Source: Antedon mediterranea
Taxonomy: Eukaryota > Animalia > Echinodermata
Direction: 5' to 3'
Assembly: GCF_964355755.1 (NCBI RefSeq)
Contig: NC_092671.1
Coordinates: 13,950,001-14,014,000 of the forward strand
Length of the DNA stretch: 64,000 nt
The first letter of the stretch is position 1. Every line of letters starts with the position of its first letter. The position numbers were made by a program, and so were the translations under genes. The notes below the pieces were generated by a model. The model saw nothing but the letters and a program-made list of their open reading frames with translations. It was not told the DNA's origin and did no database searches. Positions 52,901-64,000 of the stretch are shown here, piece by piece.

Positions 52901-55900
52901 GTATGATGGCAACTAAAAAAAAAATAAACAGATAATGAAAAATAGTGGCACTATAAGAAATTGCCTTGCATTTAACTCCTACAGTCAGGGTTCAAATCCC
53001 AAAGTTAGCATTATCCTCTAGCAAATTGATCACTGTTGTTAAATGCTTACCATTGGTAGAGGCTCCTCACCATCAATCATCCTAGAAAAATTGGTAATTA
53101 TTTCTCGGATGTCATAGTTTGGAACTTTGGTACTCCAACCGGTACCAATACCGTCTGTGCCGTTTACAAGTACCATTGGAATGATTGGGCAATACCATTC
53201 TGGTTCTATTTTCTGGTTGTCATCATACTGGTGCTTTAGTAGTGCATCATCATTTATGTTGAATAAATGTCTGGACACAGTACTAACGGTAGAGAATAAT
53301 AAAAATAATAAATAAAACTTAATACAGCATAAATTGCAAATAGGACTATATTTAAGTAAATAAAACAATGATCTTCACAACATATGCATCCATTATATAT
53401 TTTTGTATTTTTTATTCAAAACATAGGAGCCAAAGGCTGAATTAAGAATTATATTTTAATATAACTATTCAATTAAATTAAATATTATAAAATTGCTCAT
53501 CATTTTATTGGACGCTAAAGATTTTGTAGTTACCAAGAAACACCTGAACAGTCAGGGGAAAATGAGGTTTTATCAGATAATCTATATTGTTTTGACAACT
53601 CTTGTAACATGACCACAGTGCTGATTTTGCCATTCCAACGAACCCCCACCCCCCCCCCCCCCCCCCAACTGTGAACAGTATTCTCACCTTAGTTGTGTGA
53701 AGATATACCTAGGACTGGCTGCATCCTTACCGCCATGCAGTCTTGTACCAAACTGACCAATTGGAAGAAGCAGATTGAGGTTGTTGCTTCCGATGTAATT
53801 CTGGGCCATGTTAATGATAGTGCTCATTAAGGAAGTCTGTACAGGATAATGATGAAATATTATGTTATATATTGTTCAGTATATGACTTCATCAAACTGG
53901 AAGCAAGAGTTCACATTCATATATATGTACAGCATGGATTTTTCTATGAATACCATTAACCATTGTTTAATCAATTAACATGAATTTCCTAATTAGCTCT
54001 TACCACATACATTTGTTTATTTATGATTTGCAATAATAATAACATACAAATAGTAATTCATTGCTGACTCTTACCTCACCGTGATGGTAAGCTGATATTT
54101 CAGCGACAGAGCCTGCCATCTGTGCCACTTTCACCTCTCTCTTCTCATATTTTTTCATTGCTGCAAACAACACTTTTCTCTGGCCAGGCTTTAGACCTAT
54201 GAATTTAAACAAATGAAACTGTAGCTATTAAAGAGTTATTTATGGATTTTTTTGATGACACAGTATAAGTCAAATTCTTTTGCCATCTTCTCTTATGCTC
54301 TTCACCCTCCAAGTACTATTCTCTTCCAAAATGATTAACTATATTTAGTATCCAATTACAAGCCAAAGTTATGCCTGTGCTATCAACAGTATCTTTAACA
54401 GTAATTTATACTAGAAATGAACTTGGCTACCTACCATCAACCATGCTTGGAATTGAACGCTCATTGTCAGCATTTGAGAACAATACAAGTTCTTTGTTTA
54501 TGAATTCATTGTAAGTGATGTGTCTTGTATCTTTGTTGTACAAATACATCTGAAAAAAGTTTCATTTTTAGAAGATTTATCATTTTAAAATCCATATTAA
54601 TTCAGTGCTTTTGAAATTAAAATGGTTACAAATGTCTAGCAAAAAACACAACATACTATATATCATTACTGATTCAACTTAATTCAAATCATATTAGTTA
54701 TAAATACGAAAGAAACTTACATCTGCAAGTCCGTCTTCTCTTCGTCTTTTACGTTCTTGTAACCATTCTGTTAGCCATTCTTTTCTGTCATCTGCTTTCT
54801 TTTTGCTGAATGCCTACAAATGTATATGAAATTAGACTACTGCATTCAAATGTAATTTTAAAGACTTTATCTGTGTGTTCTTGAGATAGTTGTAAATAAC
54901 AGAACTTAGATGCAGGAAGTGTATACAAACAAACCCCTTCTATTAATATTTTCTGTGGGATTGGAAGCTTACGAGTGACTTTTTTTTTTTAATGTAAAGT
55001 GTACTTAAATAGTTTGCAAACATTATAAGATAAAATAAAGAAAGATAAGAAGATAAGTTTATGTTCTCAAGTACAAAGAGTGCTTTAGATTTTCGTTGAC
55101 TAACCACCAATCAAAGTCAAACCTGTGACGAGGTGAGGAGTCATGTCCTAATATACCTGCATTGACACAATGCACTAAGATGGGGTAAGTTTGGTCAATG
55201 GTCATCGCAAACCGAAAGCTCTGTAATATAATTCCCACGTAAGGACTACTTACCAATTCAATAGCAGCATCATCCTCAGGACCTGCGTATCTGAATGGAA
55301 TACGATGTCTCAACATATCAGAGAAATACTCTTTAGCCTCTTTCATTGTGCTGGTACCCAAACCTATAAGCACATCACAAACAAATTTCACAATTTTGTA
55401 AATTTATTAGTTGCTTCCTGCTGTCTTCAATTCAATACCCAAAAAAAAGATTCTTCTTGAGGTCTAAAAGGTCTCAAGTAGTAAACATTAAAAGGTACAT
55501 CTGGAATACCAGATATACTGCAGTAGGTTAGACAAAGGGTACCTTGTGAGGGTAGAATTTACTGTATACTTGTTTAGCCTAAAAAGAGTTCAAATTGATA
55601 AGCTCATAGGTAGGTATACCAAAAAATTCAAACCTTTGTAGTATTTTATCTTGTAGGTTTTCCAGTTTTCCGTTTCTGACTTCCATTTTTCAAACTCAGG
55701 AAGAGAGAAGAAAGATTTTATATCTTTCGCCTTAGTAACCTGAAAAAATAAATTAAAAAATATTTAAAGATGCATTGTTCCCCCAAAACATGAAAAATAA
55801 AGATTAATAAAATTGGAATTTGAATAGATTATTTTGTAGTTTTGATACTGTTTTTACTTATAAAATGACAATTTGACTGTTTATTGCTTTAAATTTAAGA

Positions 55901-58900
55901 TGTATTGTCCCCCAAAAACATGAAAAATGAAGATTAATTAAATCAGACTTTGACTGTTATTTTGTAGTTTAATCAAGTTAATCACTTCCATAGACAAAAT
56001 AATGAAAATGTTTTCGCTTATAAAATGACAAAATAAATGGTTAAATTCAATCAAAAATAAATCCATTTTGTTTTATAATTAAATTGTTTAAGGTAAATAC
56101 ATTTTTTTTCAATACAAATTTTGGTCAAAGTGGATATCTATTATGTTACATTAAAATGGATTATTCAACAAAATTTGTTTTAAGAATTAATTTGTCCAGG
56201 GGGACACTACTTCTTTAATTTTAAATGTAAATATGTATATGTTTGTATGATGTAATATGTTTAAGCGGATATTAGCCCTTGATGGCATTTGCAGCAATAA
56301 AGAAATTGAATTGAAGAAATTGAATTAGGGTTTCTTTTTTCCGATCCAATTTTTGGTCAAAGTCGATAACTATTAGGCGACATTAAAATGACATATTCAA
56401 CAAAAAAACTTTTAAGAATTATTTGTTCAGGGGGACAATACATCTTTAACACAATCAACTATCACATCAGTTTTTATTAAAAATGCAATCAGAAGCCAGT
56501 CATTGTGGCCAAGCCAATTTCAGAGAATTGATCGTATAAACAAGAAACAAACCTTAACAATAGGAGTAATAAACTCCTCTACAAATTTGTACCGCAATAA
56601 ATGAGGCCAGTTAGTTTGTATGAAGTTGATAAGCAGTCCCTTGATATGAGAACCATCTTGATCCTGATCTGTCATAATCATCACTTTGCCGTAACGTAGT
56701 GACTTGAGGGTAGACTCCTCCGAGTACTTGTTTTTGTATTGAAGACCAAGAATCTTTATGATGTTGTTTATCTCTGCATTCTCCATAATCTACAACATTT
56801 TTAGAAAATATACATTTTTTTTATCAAAACTGTAAATTGTCATAAATGTCCTTATAAGGACCAATAATTTAACATGCTCTTAGTATAAAATAAATAATAC
56901 AAAAAAAACCTTTTTTCATTCCAGTGAAAAGGTCGCTTGGATTGTCTTATTGAGGTGTATGATAGTAAAAATATTTTTTAGCATTATACAATATTGTTTA
57001 CATTACATTAACTTAATACTATGCTTAAGTATAACAATCTTTAAACCAAAAGTCAATTGAACAAAATACATACCTGTTTATGCGACGCCTCACGAACGTT
57101 CAAAAGTTTACCCCTAAGTGGGAATACACCATAGCGATCACGACCTACTACACCTAGACCACTGACAGCCAATGACTTGGCTGAATCTCCCTCTGTTAGA
57201 ATTAGTGTACAATCTAGAGAATGTTTCCCACCGGCGTTGTTGGCATCATCTAGCTTTGGAATACCCTTCAGTTTAGAATGTTTTGTTGTATGGCATTTCT
57301 TGTCAAGTTGACTCTGTAATCAGAAATTCAAGTACAGTATTACTTAATGCTTACAACATACATTTTATATTGATGTATTTACACTGACAACACTTTGTAT
57401 AGCTGCTGCACCTAAGGTATATATTTCTAATTTGGCACACAAAAGATAAAGAAAGTAGAAATCAATTGATACAAGACTAATGAGAGAGACAAGAGTATGC
57501 GTATGCTTTAACATTTAGACATAATTCATTATTGAATACGTACCTGAGCTTTAAATTTCATCCAAGACATTACACTCTCCACAACTCCACATCCCATTGC
57601 CTAAAAGTAGAAATAAATTGAAAACAAAATCATATAGATTGTATTTTCTTAATTCATTTCAAGGTATTCTTCTAACAATATGGAATAGATATTTTTTTTC
57701 AATATAAACTCATATTCAAGATTGACTCAAAATGAATAGATGGTAGACATATTTGAGAATTTAACATATTGTTCTATTTGATAATTTCCAAGAATCCAAC
57801 AAATTCTCAACACGTCTTCTGCCTCTGGAGTAATACATTTGTTTTAGTTCAAGTTCAAGTTCAAAAAACATTTATTTATTCAACAATGGCATTATACAGT
57901 ATAATATAATTATAGGTGTGTACATAAATGAAAACATAGTAATAAGCCATCATTTGGGGTCTTCTCTAGAAGAAAACAAGTTTCTTGTCTCGAGAAAGAC
58001 CCCAGAAACAATTTATTCTATCTGTACAAGGAAGCCACAGTATAGAAGCTTCTTGGATACTAGGTAAAACTAGGTAATGCTAGGTAAAACTAGATAGGTA
58101 AATCTATACAGAACAATGGTATTCATAATGAGCGTATTCTTATCAAATAAAACCTTACCTGCTTGAAGAATTTGTCACTAAGTTCACACTTAGACCCAAA
58201 TTTCTTAGCCTGCAGTGTCATGTTCTCTTTGGTTTGAGAATCAAAAGATGGATTTTCTATCAGGCAGTTTATGAACACCCATAAATGATTTTTGATCTAA
58301 TGGAAAAAACAAAACATTCATTCATTGCAATTAGTATATAATATATAGTATAGTAGTGGAAACTGTAGATTGGTGGTTCCACTTGGTTCCAACTAGAGAT
58401 GTGAATCAAATGCGTAAGGGCAATTATTGTGATTTGATCAATCACAAGTGATGGATGATTCAAACCATTGCTTGTCATTGGTCAACTCGCTTGTGTTGTG
58501 CTTATGTAATTGTGCGTCGGAACAAAGCTTGACAAAGGAGCATCTATAAAATGTTTATACATGTATACAGACAAGCTCAAATATAGAAAAAGAATATAAC
58601 AATCATTAAGCAGTGCCTACCTGAAACGGCTTGATATTAAGGCCACCTTTGTTCTTCTTCTTAATGGTCTCCATTAATTTTGTGACAATTTGGTCAGTGA
58701 CATAATCTGTATGTCGTCCACCCTACAAAAGAAACAAGCAGTTACTAAATAAATAAATTATAATGAACTTCTTAGATCTGGTCTTAAGCTACAATAACAG
58801 TAGAGTGACCTTCAACTGGATGGGAATGACAAGTCAATCCTTGGTGTTTGCCCTATTCTGACATAAATTGTATTTATTGAGAATACTTGGGTGGGATTCG

Positions 58901-61900
58901 AACGCACGACCTCCAGATCAATAGCCTGGCGTTCATACCTCTAGACCATCGAGCTTGCACTGATGGGTCAAGTCAATCCTTGCCAACAAGTGCATTGACG
59001 TTCGAGTGACAGCATCTTAGAGGAAATTTCCAAGTTTTTAATAATTGCTTTTAAAAAATAGCAAAGAACAATAATTAAGAATCACATGCTTATTACTACT
59101 GTCACCATTGACATCATCATCAATTATGAAATATTGCTTACTTTAGTGGTAGCAATACTGTTTACAAAGCTGACTTGCTGGAATCCCTTTTCACTCATAC
59201 AAATGCAGACTTCCCATCTTGGATTAACAACCTCATGTACTACTTTAAGCTTGTTACCCTCTTCATCCACTTTATCCTTGAGGTAAAAGTCAACATAAGA
59301 CTTGAAACCATTTACCTAAAATAAAATTAGAATAGAAAAAATGCCACTTACAATCAAAAGCCCATATTCAGAAGTATTCTATTCTCTTTCTGAAAACAAT
59401 AATTGATTTTAATCATTTTACATTTTTATAAGAATGTTTTACTTACAGGTAATTTCTTTCCATTCAAGAACACCTTAACTCCTTTTGCAGCACCAGCTAT
59501 GTCGTATGCCCTTCTTGTAAGTAGAGCCACCGTGTCTGCATCAAGTGATTCCATATGGAACTTTGGTAAATCTGGCTTGAAGGTGATCTCTGTGAAGTCC
59601 TTGCCATCATAAGGTATAATCTTGTGTGAACCAGCTTTACCCATGTTGTCTGTCCATGTCTGTAGACATTAAGTGTCAATGTACTTAACATAGTAATAAT
59701 GATCAAGCACTCAAGTGATACATTTAGATAACTGGCCTTCCAAATGCTTTTGCCAAATTGGGTAAAAAAAAGTACCTAGTTGTAAATAAAGTCCATCTAG
59801 AAGGTCTGATAAACTAGCCTGGTGCTATTAGCTAGCTCCTTTGATATTATTACATAATATTTTACACAAGGCTAGTACCATGACATCCTCGGCATGCCCA
59901 CTCTTTCGTAAACTATTTTGTCAAACAAAATTGATATAATACTCACTTGACTAAACTTTTTCTTGTATTCTTTGCATGCTGTTACTACTCTAAACTTTTT
60001 ACTGAATATGTTACATAACTTTGCACCATAACCATTACGCCCGCCTAAAGAAATTTAAATATTTCATTATGCACCACCAAAAAACACAGCATAATCCATG
60101 CATGTTGGAATATGTCAATTTTTTTTGTTGAAGTCCATTTAGTTACATACAGTATCGAAGCTTGAATGTTTAGAATTGGATATGTTTGTTAGAAGACACC
60201 CTGCCAGTACAAGTTGGTTTACCTCCTACCATGGCTTTTGGATGAGATGTTTAACTTCTTGTCCCGTATACATAAAAGCATAAAAAAGATCTTGGTACTC
60301 ATTAATTGAAATAAATAATTGAAATATATATTTATACTGGGTAACCTCTTCAGTCAAAGACTAGTCTCCCAGAGGGCCCAGTTGGTGATCAGTGGCTGTG
60401 ATGTACTAGTACACCGGGGTAACCCCCTACTCGTCTCGAAAAATGTACTAGGTTCTTTAAAGTGCACACGAGCTAGATGTGTACACTGGACCTACGGTTT
60501 ATAGTCCTTATCCGAGAAGACTCGTTCTACCACCAGAACCATGGAGTGAGTGAGCCTCGAACCCCTGCCGATGTTATGGCTACGTAATTACGGTTCCACT
60601 GTCTTAACCGCTCGGCCACTCACTCACTTAAGGTATGCAATAATGCCACCGTGATCAAATACTAACCTGTAACTTTACGCTCTTCGTCATCATAATTACT
60701 TGATGTTAACAAATGACCAAAAATCAACTCAGGTACAAACACTTTTTCAGTTTGGTGTTCAACAATTGGGATACCTTTACCATTGTTCCATATAGTGATG
60801 GTATTATTTTCACTGGAAAAAATAAAAATAAATAATTCCTATTAGTTATTAAAAATATAATATATGTGTACATAAAAGAAAGCCATCAGATGACCTAGGC
60901 TTCAGAATTTGAAAAAATCTGCTTAATTCAATTAAAAAAATGCATCAATCCTGTTGACCCTTAATTGTCACAAATAGAACAAAAGGTGATTATTTGTTGG
61001 TTTGTAATAGAGGACAAAAAGAGCATAGAAGACTAAGTAGACTTACGGCTCAATAGTGATCTTAATAGTGTCCATAGATGAATCTCTCTGTTTATTATCA
61101 GCAGCATTCACTGAAATAAAAATAAAATAATAATTAAAATACATTAGATCACTTTTGTAGCTTAGCTTAGGGTGAATATGTATGGAAAGAAAATTGTACT
61201 AGTTTACAATCAGAGTTGAAATTTAAGCTGGACAGAAGGCGTAAAATAAATGTTTTGATCCAGAAGAAATTCTAGCATAGTCACCTCAGCACATCTACAT
61301 TTATGATAAATTAACAAATTGGATCAATAATAAAACAGAAACAACTATTTATTTAATAATTAAAAATCATTAGCCATATTGGACATTCCTTACCTAGGAT
61401 TTCATCAAATATTTTATACAACCCAGGTACAAATGTAACCTCTCTATTTACAAGACCTTCTTCTCCATCATGTACCCACATTTGCTGTGAAGAGAAACAT
61501 GTTTAATTTAACCTTGATTTACTAAGTTGATATTTGACATCTAAAGTTATGCTCTGGTATTCCTAAAATTACTGATTCATTATGGGGCGAATTTTAGTGG
61601 ATGATGAGCTCCAAAACTTCTCTAAAAGGTTTTTAAATTGGTTAACATTTATAGCTTCTAGGGCCAAGTTGTTCCATGATTATGTTTTGATACAGTATAA
61701 ACTCACTGATTAAACCAATTGCATATGAAATATTTAATATTTTTTTTTACCATGAAATGGAAACTGATTACATTATTAATACCTGTTTGACAGGCTCAGT
61801 TGATCCAATGTAGGAGTCTGGTCGAAGCAGTATATGCTCCAACTGTGTCTTCTTTTGGTAGATCCTTTCCACTGACATCCTCTTATTTGATTTCTTCTGG

Positions 61901-63012
61901 TGTGGTTTTGCCTCATCTTCACTATCATTATCAAATATAGTCTATAAAAAAGATACATATCATTAGAAGAAGAAGCAAAATATTGGTAATTGTGTATGTA
62001 ATTGTAATACTGTATTTAATGTATATTGGAAAAAATAACAAGATTAAATTTTATAGAGTTTGTTTTTATTTGGGGCATAAAGCTGAATCATATTATTCAA
62101 CCCCTACTACTGCATTCAGGTTGAGTAAGGAAGACCTAAAAATGTTTAATTAGACGATCAGGATAAACAGGTTACTAATTTCATGAACAATCTGAAATGT
62201 ACGTCCAAAATTCGGCGCTAGTTCCGTTTCGCACCTGTAATTTATTTCGACTCAAAATGTGTTAAGAAACTTTATCGTGAGTACCACACCTTAGAATTAG
62301 GCCTCAAAAATACTTTTACGAAGGAGATCACACAAAAAGTGACAAATAAATGCTTTAAATTGATGAATTTACAGACGCTTTTCTCGCACATCGGTTCGTC
62401 AATTTCGCATACGCCATGTTCAATGTTGTTGTTTCTATGGAGCGCCAAAAGAGCATTTATTTGTCACTTTTTGTGTGATCTCCTTCGTAAAAGTATTTTT
62501 GAGGCCTAATTCTAAGGTGTGGTACTCGCGATAAAGTTTCTGAACCCATTTTGAGTCGAAATAAATGAAAGGTGCGAAACGGAACTAGCGCCCAAAATTC
62601 TCTGGGCATGGTTTCTTTTGCGGTCAAGACACAACATATTGAATTTTGGATCTCCTGAATTTTTATCAAGAAAAATGTGTGAAATGGATGACAAAATTCA
62701 AAATATAAACAAAATTTGCAGTCCTGACCTCTAGGCCTATTTATTTCATCAAGTACTACCTAGGCATAGCCCTACTTTAAAGAGCTAGGCCGTTAACTTT
62801 AGATGGACTAGGCCTAGGCCTAGAGGGTGTTCCATATCAAATCCTACCACATCACATACAGAAGGCCAACACCTACTCTAGACTGAGTGAGGTAGGCTAG
62901 AGGGCCTCAAGGTTAGGTCTAGCCTAGGCTAGCTATATTGAAGGGGACTAGCCTAGATTATTTATGCTAAGTTCTTTATTCATCTTACCCTCAACGGTGT
63001 TGTGGCATCCAT
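46949..63012 (-). CDS. TOP2: DNA topoisomerase II (type IIA), 30 coding exons, ~1496 aa using the proximal first exon
   Basis: GT-AG exons with consistent phases: 62989-63012, 61783-61941, 61394-61484, 61047-61110, 60667-60812, 59947-60044, 59447-59659, 59142-59315, 58621-58722, 58159-58296, 57544-57600, 57074-57313, 56553-56789, 55634-55739, 55254-55363, 54721-54813, 54435-54549, 54075-54196, 53688-53836, 53051-53282, 52713-52912, 51762-51897, 51263-51458, 50629-50963, 50062-50262, 49307-49427, 48471-48695, 47904-48002, 47482-47594, 46949-47143 (sum 4491 nt, no internal stop). Motifs: YQKKTQLEHILLRPD, FDEILVNAADN, GGRNGYGAK (GHKL ATPase), EGDSA, PLRGK, MTDQDQDGSHI (TOPRIM), ASPRYIFT (catalytic Tyr), and a Lys/acidic C-terminal tail. 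Confidence 0.97.
49458..49646 (+). mobile_element. Older, CpG-depleted copy of the same SINE
   Basis: Colinear with the reverse complement of ~60435-60626. Confidence 0.85.
51478..51587. mobile_element. Fragment of a small Harbinger-like MITE (second fragment at ~21735-21840)
   Basis: TCTACACTATCAA...TTGATAGTGTAGA inverted repeat and a shared GTGATATG/GCCCAAATAT core. Confidence 0.55.
52070..52445. mobile_element. MITE-like element in TOP2 intron 21
   Basis: Perfect 15-bp IR TAGACCATTGCTATA / TATAGCAATGGTCTA. An extra copy of the right-end motif lies at ~52521-52543. Confidence 0.6.
55768..56445. mobile_element. Nested pair of TTAA-flanked (Kolobok-like) MITEs plus a LINE-like tail in TOP2 intron 13
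   Basis: Outer element TTAA|AGATGCATTGTTCCCC...GGGGACAATACATCT|TTAA, with an inner copy at ~55898-56214. An AATAAA-(GAAATT/GAATT)n tail lies at ~56296-56326. Confidence 0.8.
57846..58005 (-). mobile_element. LINE-type 3' end (stem-loop plus (TTGAAC)n tail)
   Basis: GGGTCTT...AAGACCC hairpin at ~57957-58002. On the minus strand AATAAA is followed by TTGAAC x3. Confidence 0.5.
58790..58958 (-). mobile_element. tRNA-derived SINE head (different family)
   Basis: On the minus strand, TGGTCTAGAGG (A box) and GTTCGAATCCC (B box) lie within 58885-58958. There is no proper acceptor stem. Confidence 0.6.
60305..60628 (-). mobile_element. tRNA-derived SINE with a Deu/Nin-like central domain (young copy)
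   Basis: A box TGGCCGAGCGG and B box GGTTCGAGGC. Core GGATAAGGACTATAAACCGTAGGTCC...GCACTTTAAAGAACC...GAGTAGGGG..CCCCGGTGT, then an AT-rich tail. The domain assignment is from recalled consensus. Confidence 0.85.
62214..62592. mobile_element. Young palindromic MITE in TOP2 intron 1
   Basis: Near-perfect ~140-bp IRs (GGCGCTAGTTCCGTTTCGCACCT... / ...AGGTGCGAAACGGAACTAGCGCC). An 8-bp TSD CAAAATTC lies at 62206-62213 and 62593-62600. Confidence 0.92.
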
Positions 63013-63154
63013 AATTAACCATAAACTCCAAACTTAAATCAAAACAAAGATATGTTCTATACTTATTAGAAAACTTCCGTCGTTTTTTTAGCTGGATGAC
63101 AACAAACCAGAGAATATCAATATCGCTTGCTCTGCTTCTTGATGAACGTGAAGA

Positions 63155-63210
63155 AAGTTCCCGCGTATAGATAATTATTTAAATTTAAGAATCTGATTGA
63201 CCAATAAGGT
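63155..63210 (-). promoter_or_regulatory. Putative cell-cycle-type proximal promoter of TOP2
   Basis: TTCCCGCG (E2F-like) at 63158-63165, TTTAAA (CHR-like) at 63178-63183 and CCAAT at 63201-63205, about 150-190 bp upstream of the ATG at 63012. Confidence 0.5.
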
Positions 63211-63267
63211 CACACTTTTCATTCTTAAGAGGGCGTAAGTATAAAATAAATAAGAACATAAACTTAC

Positions 63268-63309
63268 CACCCACTTTAGACCTTTTTTTGAGTCTGCTTT
63301 CGATTCCAT
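63268..63309 (-). CDS. TOP2: Putative alternative (distal) first coding exon of TOP2, encoding MESKADSKKGLKWV
   Basis: ATG at 63309 in ataATGg context, 14 open codons, then a consensus GTAAGT donor in phase 0, matching phase 0 of exon 2 (TIFDNDSE...). The joined peptide GLKWV|TIFDN resembles human TOP2B ALTWV|TLFDQ (recalled, not searched). Confidence 0.72.
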
Positions 63310-64000
63310 TATAATCGTAAATATACAATAAAATTCCTAGGTGTCTTTCAGTACCTTTGTATTCGGTATCTGTTTTCTAGTTGGTTTGCTAACGTTTCTG
63401 TCTACTACTTAAAAAAAACACCGGTTGGTGATCTGACGATTTTTTCACTCAGTCAGTAGTCTTTGTCACAGGAGGGAAAAATCTTCATAGATCCTAATTA
63501 AAATTCCACTTACAGTTACAAATAACTTCAATAGGTATATAAAAATAGTCAGATTCTCTTGTTAAACAAAAAAGTGATTGTATAGCCTCTATCATGCCAA
63601 AAATACAATATATATTCTTAACCTTTGCAGTTCAATGGAAGCAGACATCTTGCTCACCGAGTTAAACGTTCACAGACTATTGTGAATGTATATGTTGTCC
63701 CATTGGATAAGAATTAATTGGTATCCTGTCGACTTATAGTAGCTGCTGAATCTTATATGTATTATTATTATTCATAAAATAAGTGTACTGTATATTAAAT
63801 TCCATTTTTTTTTATCAAGCAAGCACACAGTTGAGTTCAAGAAAAAAATCGATTTGGTACACATGTTGGTGGCGGGTCCGGTCATAGTTCAAACATGGAG
63901 TAAAGAATAAGTTACTCCATGGTTCAAACAAAGAACTAATAAAATGATAATGTTCCCGGTCCCTATATAAATCTGTAGTCTTTGGACAACATGACTGCGC

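Noticed and set aside
55072-55225. Hammerhead ribozyme (TGACGA...GAAA)
   Set aside because: The core reads GTGACGA rather than CTGANGA, and stem I cannot be formed convincingly.
58885-58958. tRNA gene
   Set aside because: A and B boxes are present, but there is no 7-bp acceptor stem or clean anticodon arm. It is better explained as a SINE head.
48386-59612. Plus-strand ORFs overlapping TOP2 exons (48386, 50030, 50828, 53127, 59086, 59403)
   Set aside because: They are antisense shadows of coding exons with no independent gene signals.

Overview
AT-rich, intron-containing animal DNA. An invertebrate deuterostome such as an echinoderm is an inference from gene structure and repeat types, not a direct observation. 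I reconstructed two complete minus-strand genes by hand. UBE2G2 has 5 exons and 165 aa (21935-23615). A single type IIA DNA topoisomerase (TOP2) has 30 exons and about 1496 aa (46949-63012). The rest is repeat-rich: foldback/Mutator-like elements with target-site duplications (TSDs), a decayed and internally deleted Ty3/Gypsy element that keeps its -1 frameshift signal, tRNA-derived SINEs, LINE 3' ends, MITEs, a ~130-bp minisatellite and a 12.8-kb array of a 55-bp satellite. The most striking observation is that TOP2 appears to have two alternative first coding exons. One (MDATTPLR, behind an E2F/CHR/CCAAT-type promoter) resembles vertebrate TOP2A exon 1. The other (MESKADSKKGLKWV, joining TIFDN) resembles vertebrate TOP2B exon 1. 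This suggests the alpha/beta split existed as alternative promoters of one gene. All coordinates were counted by eye and no database searches were run.
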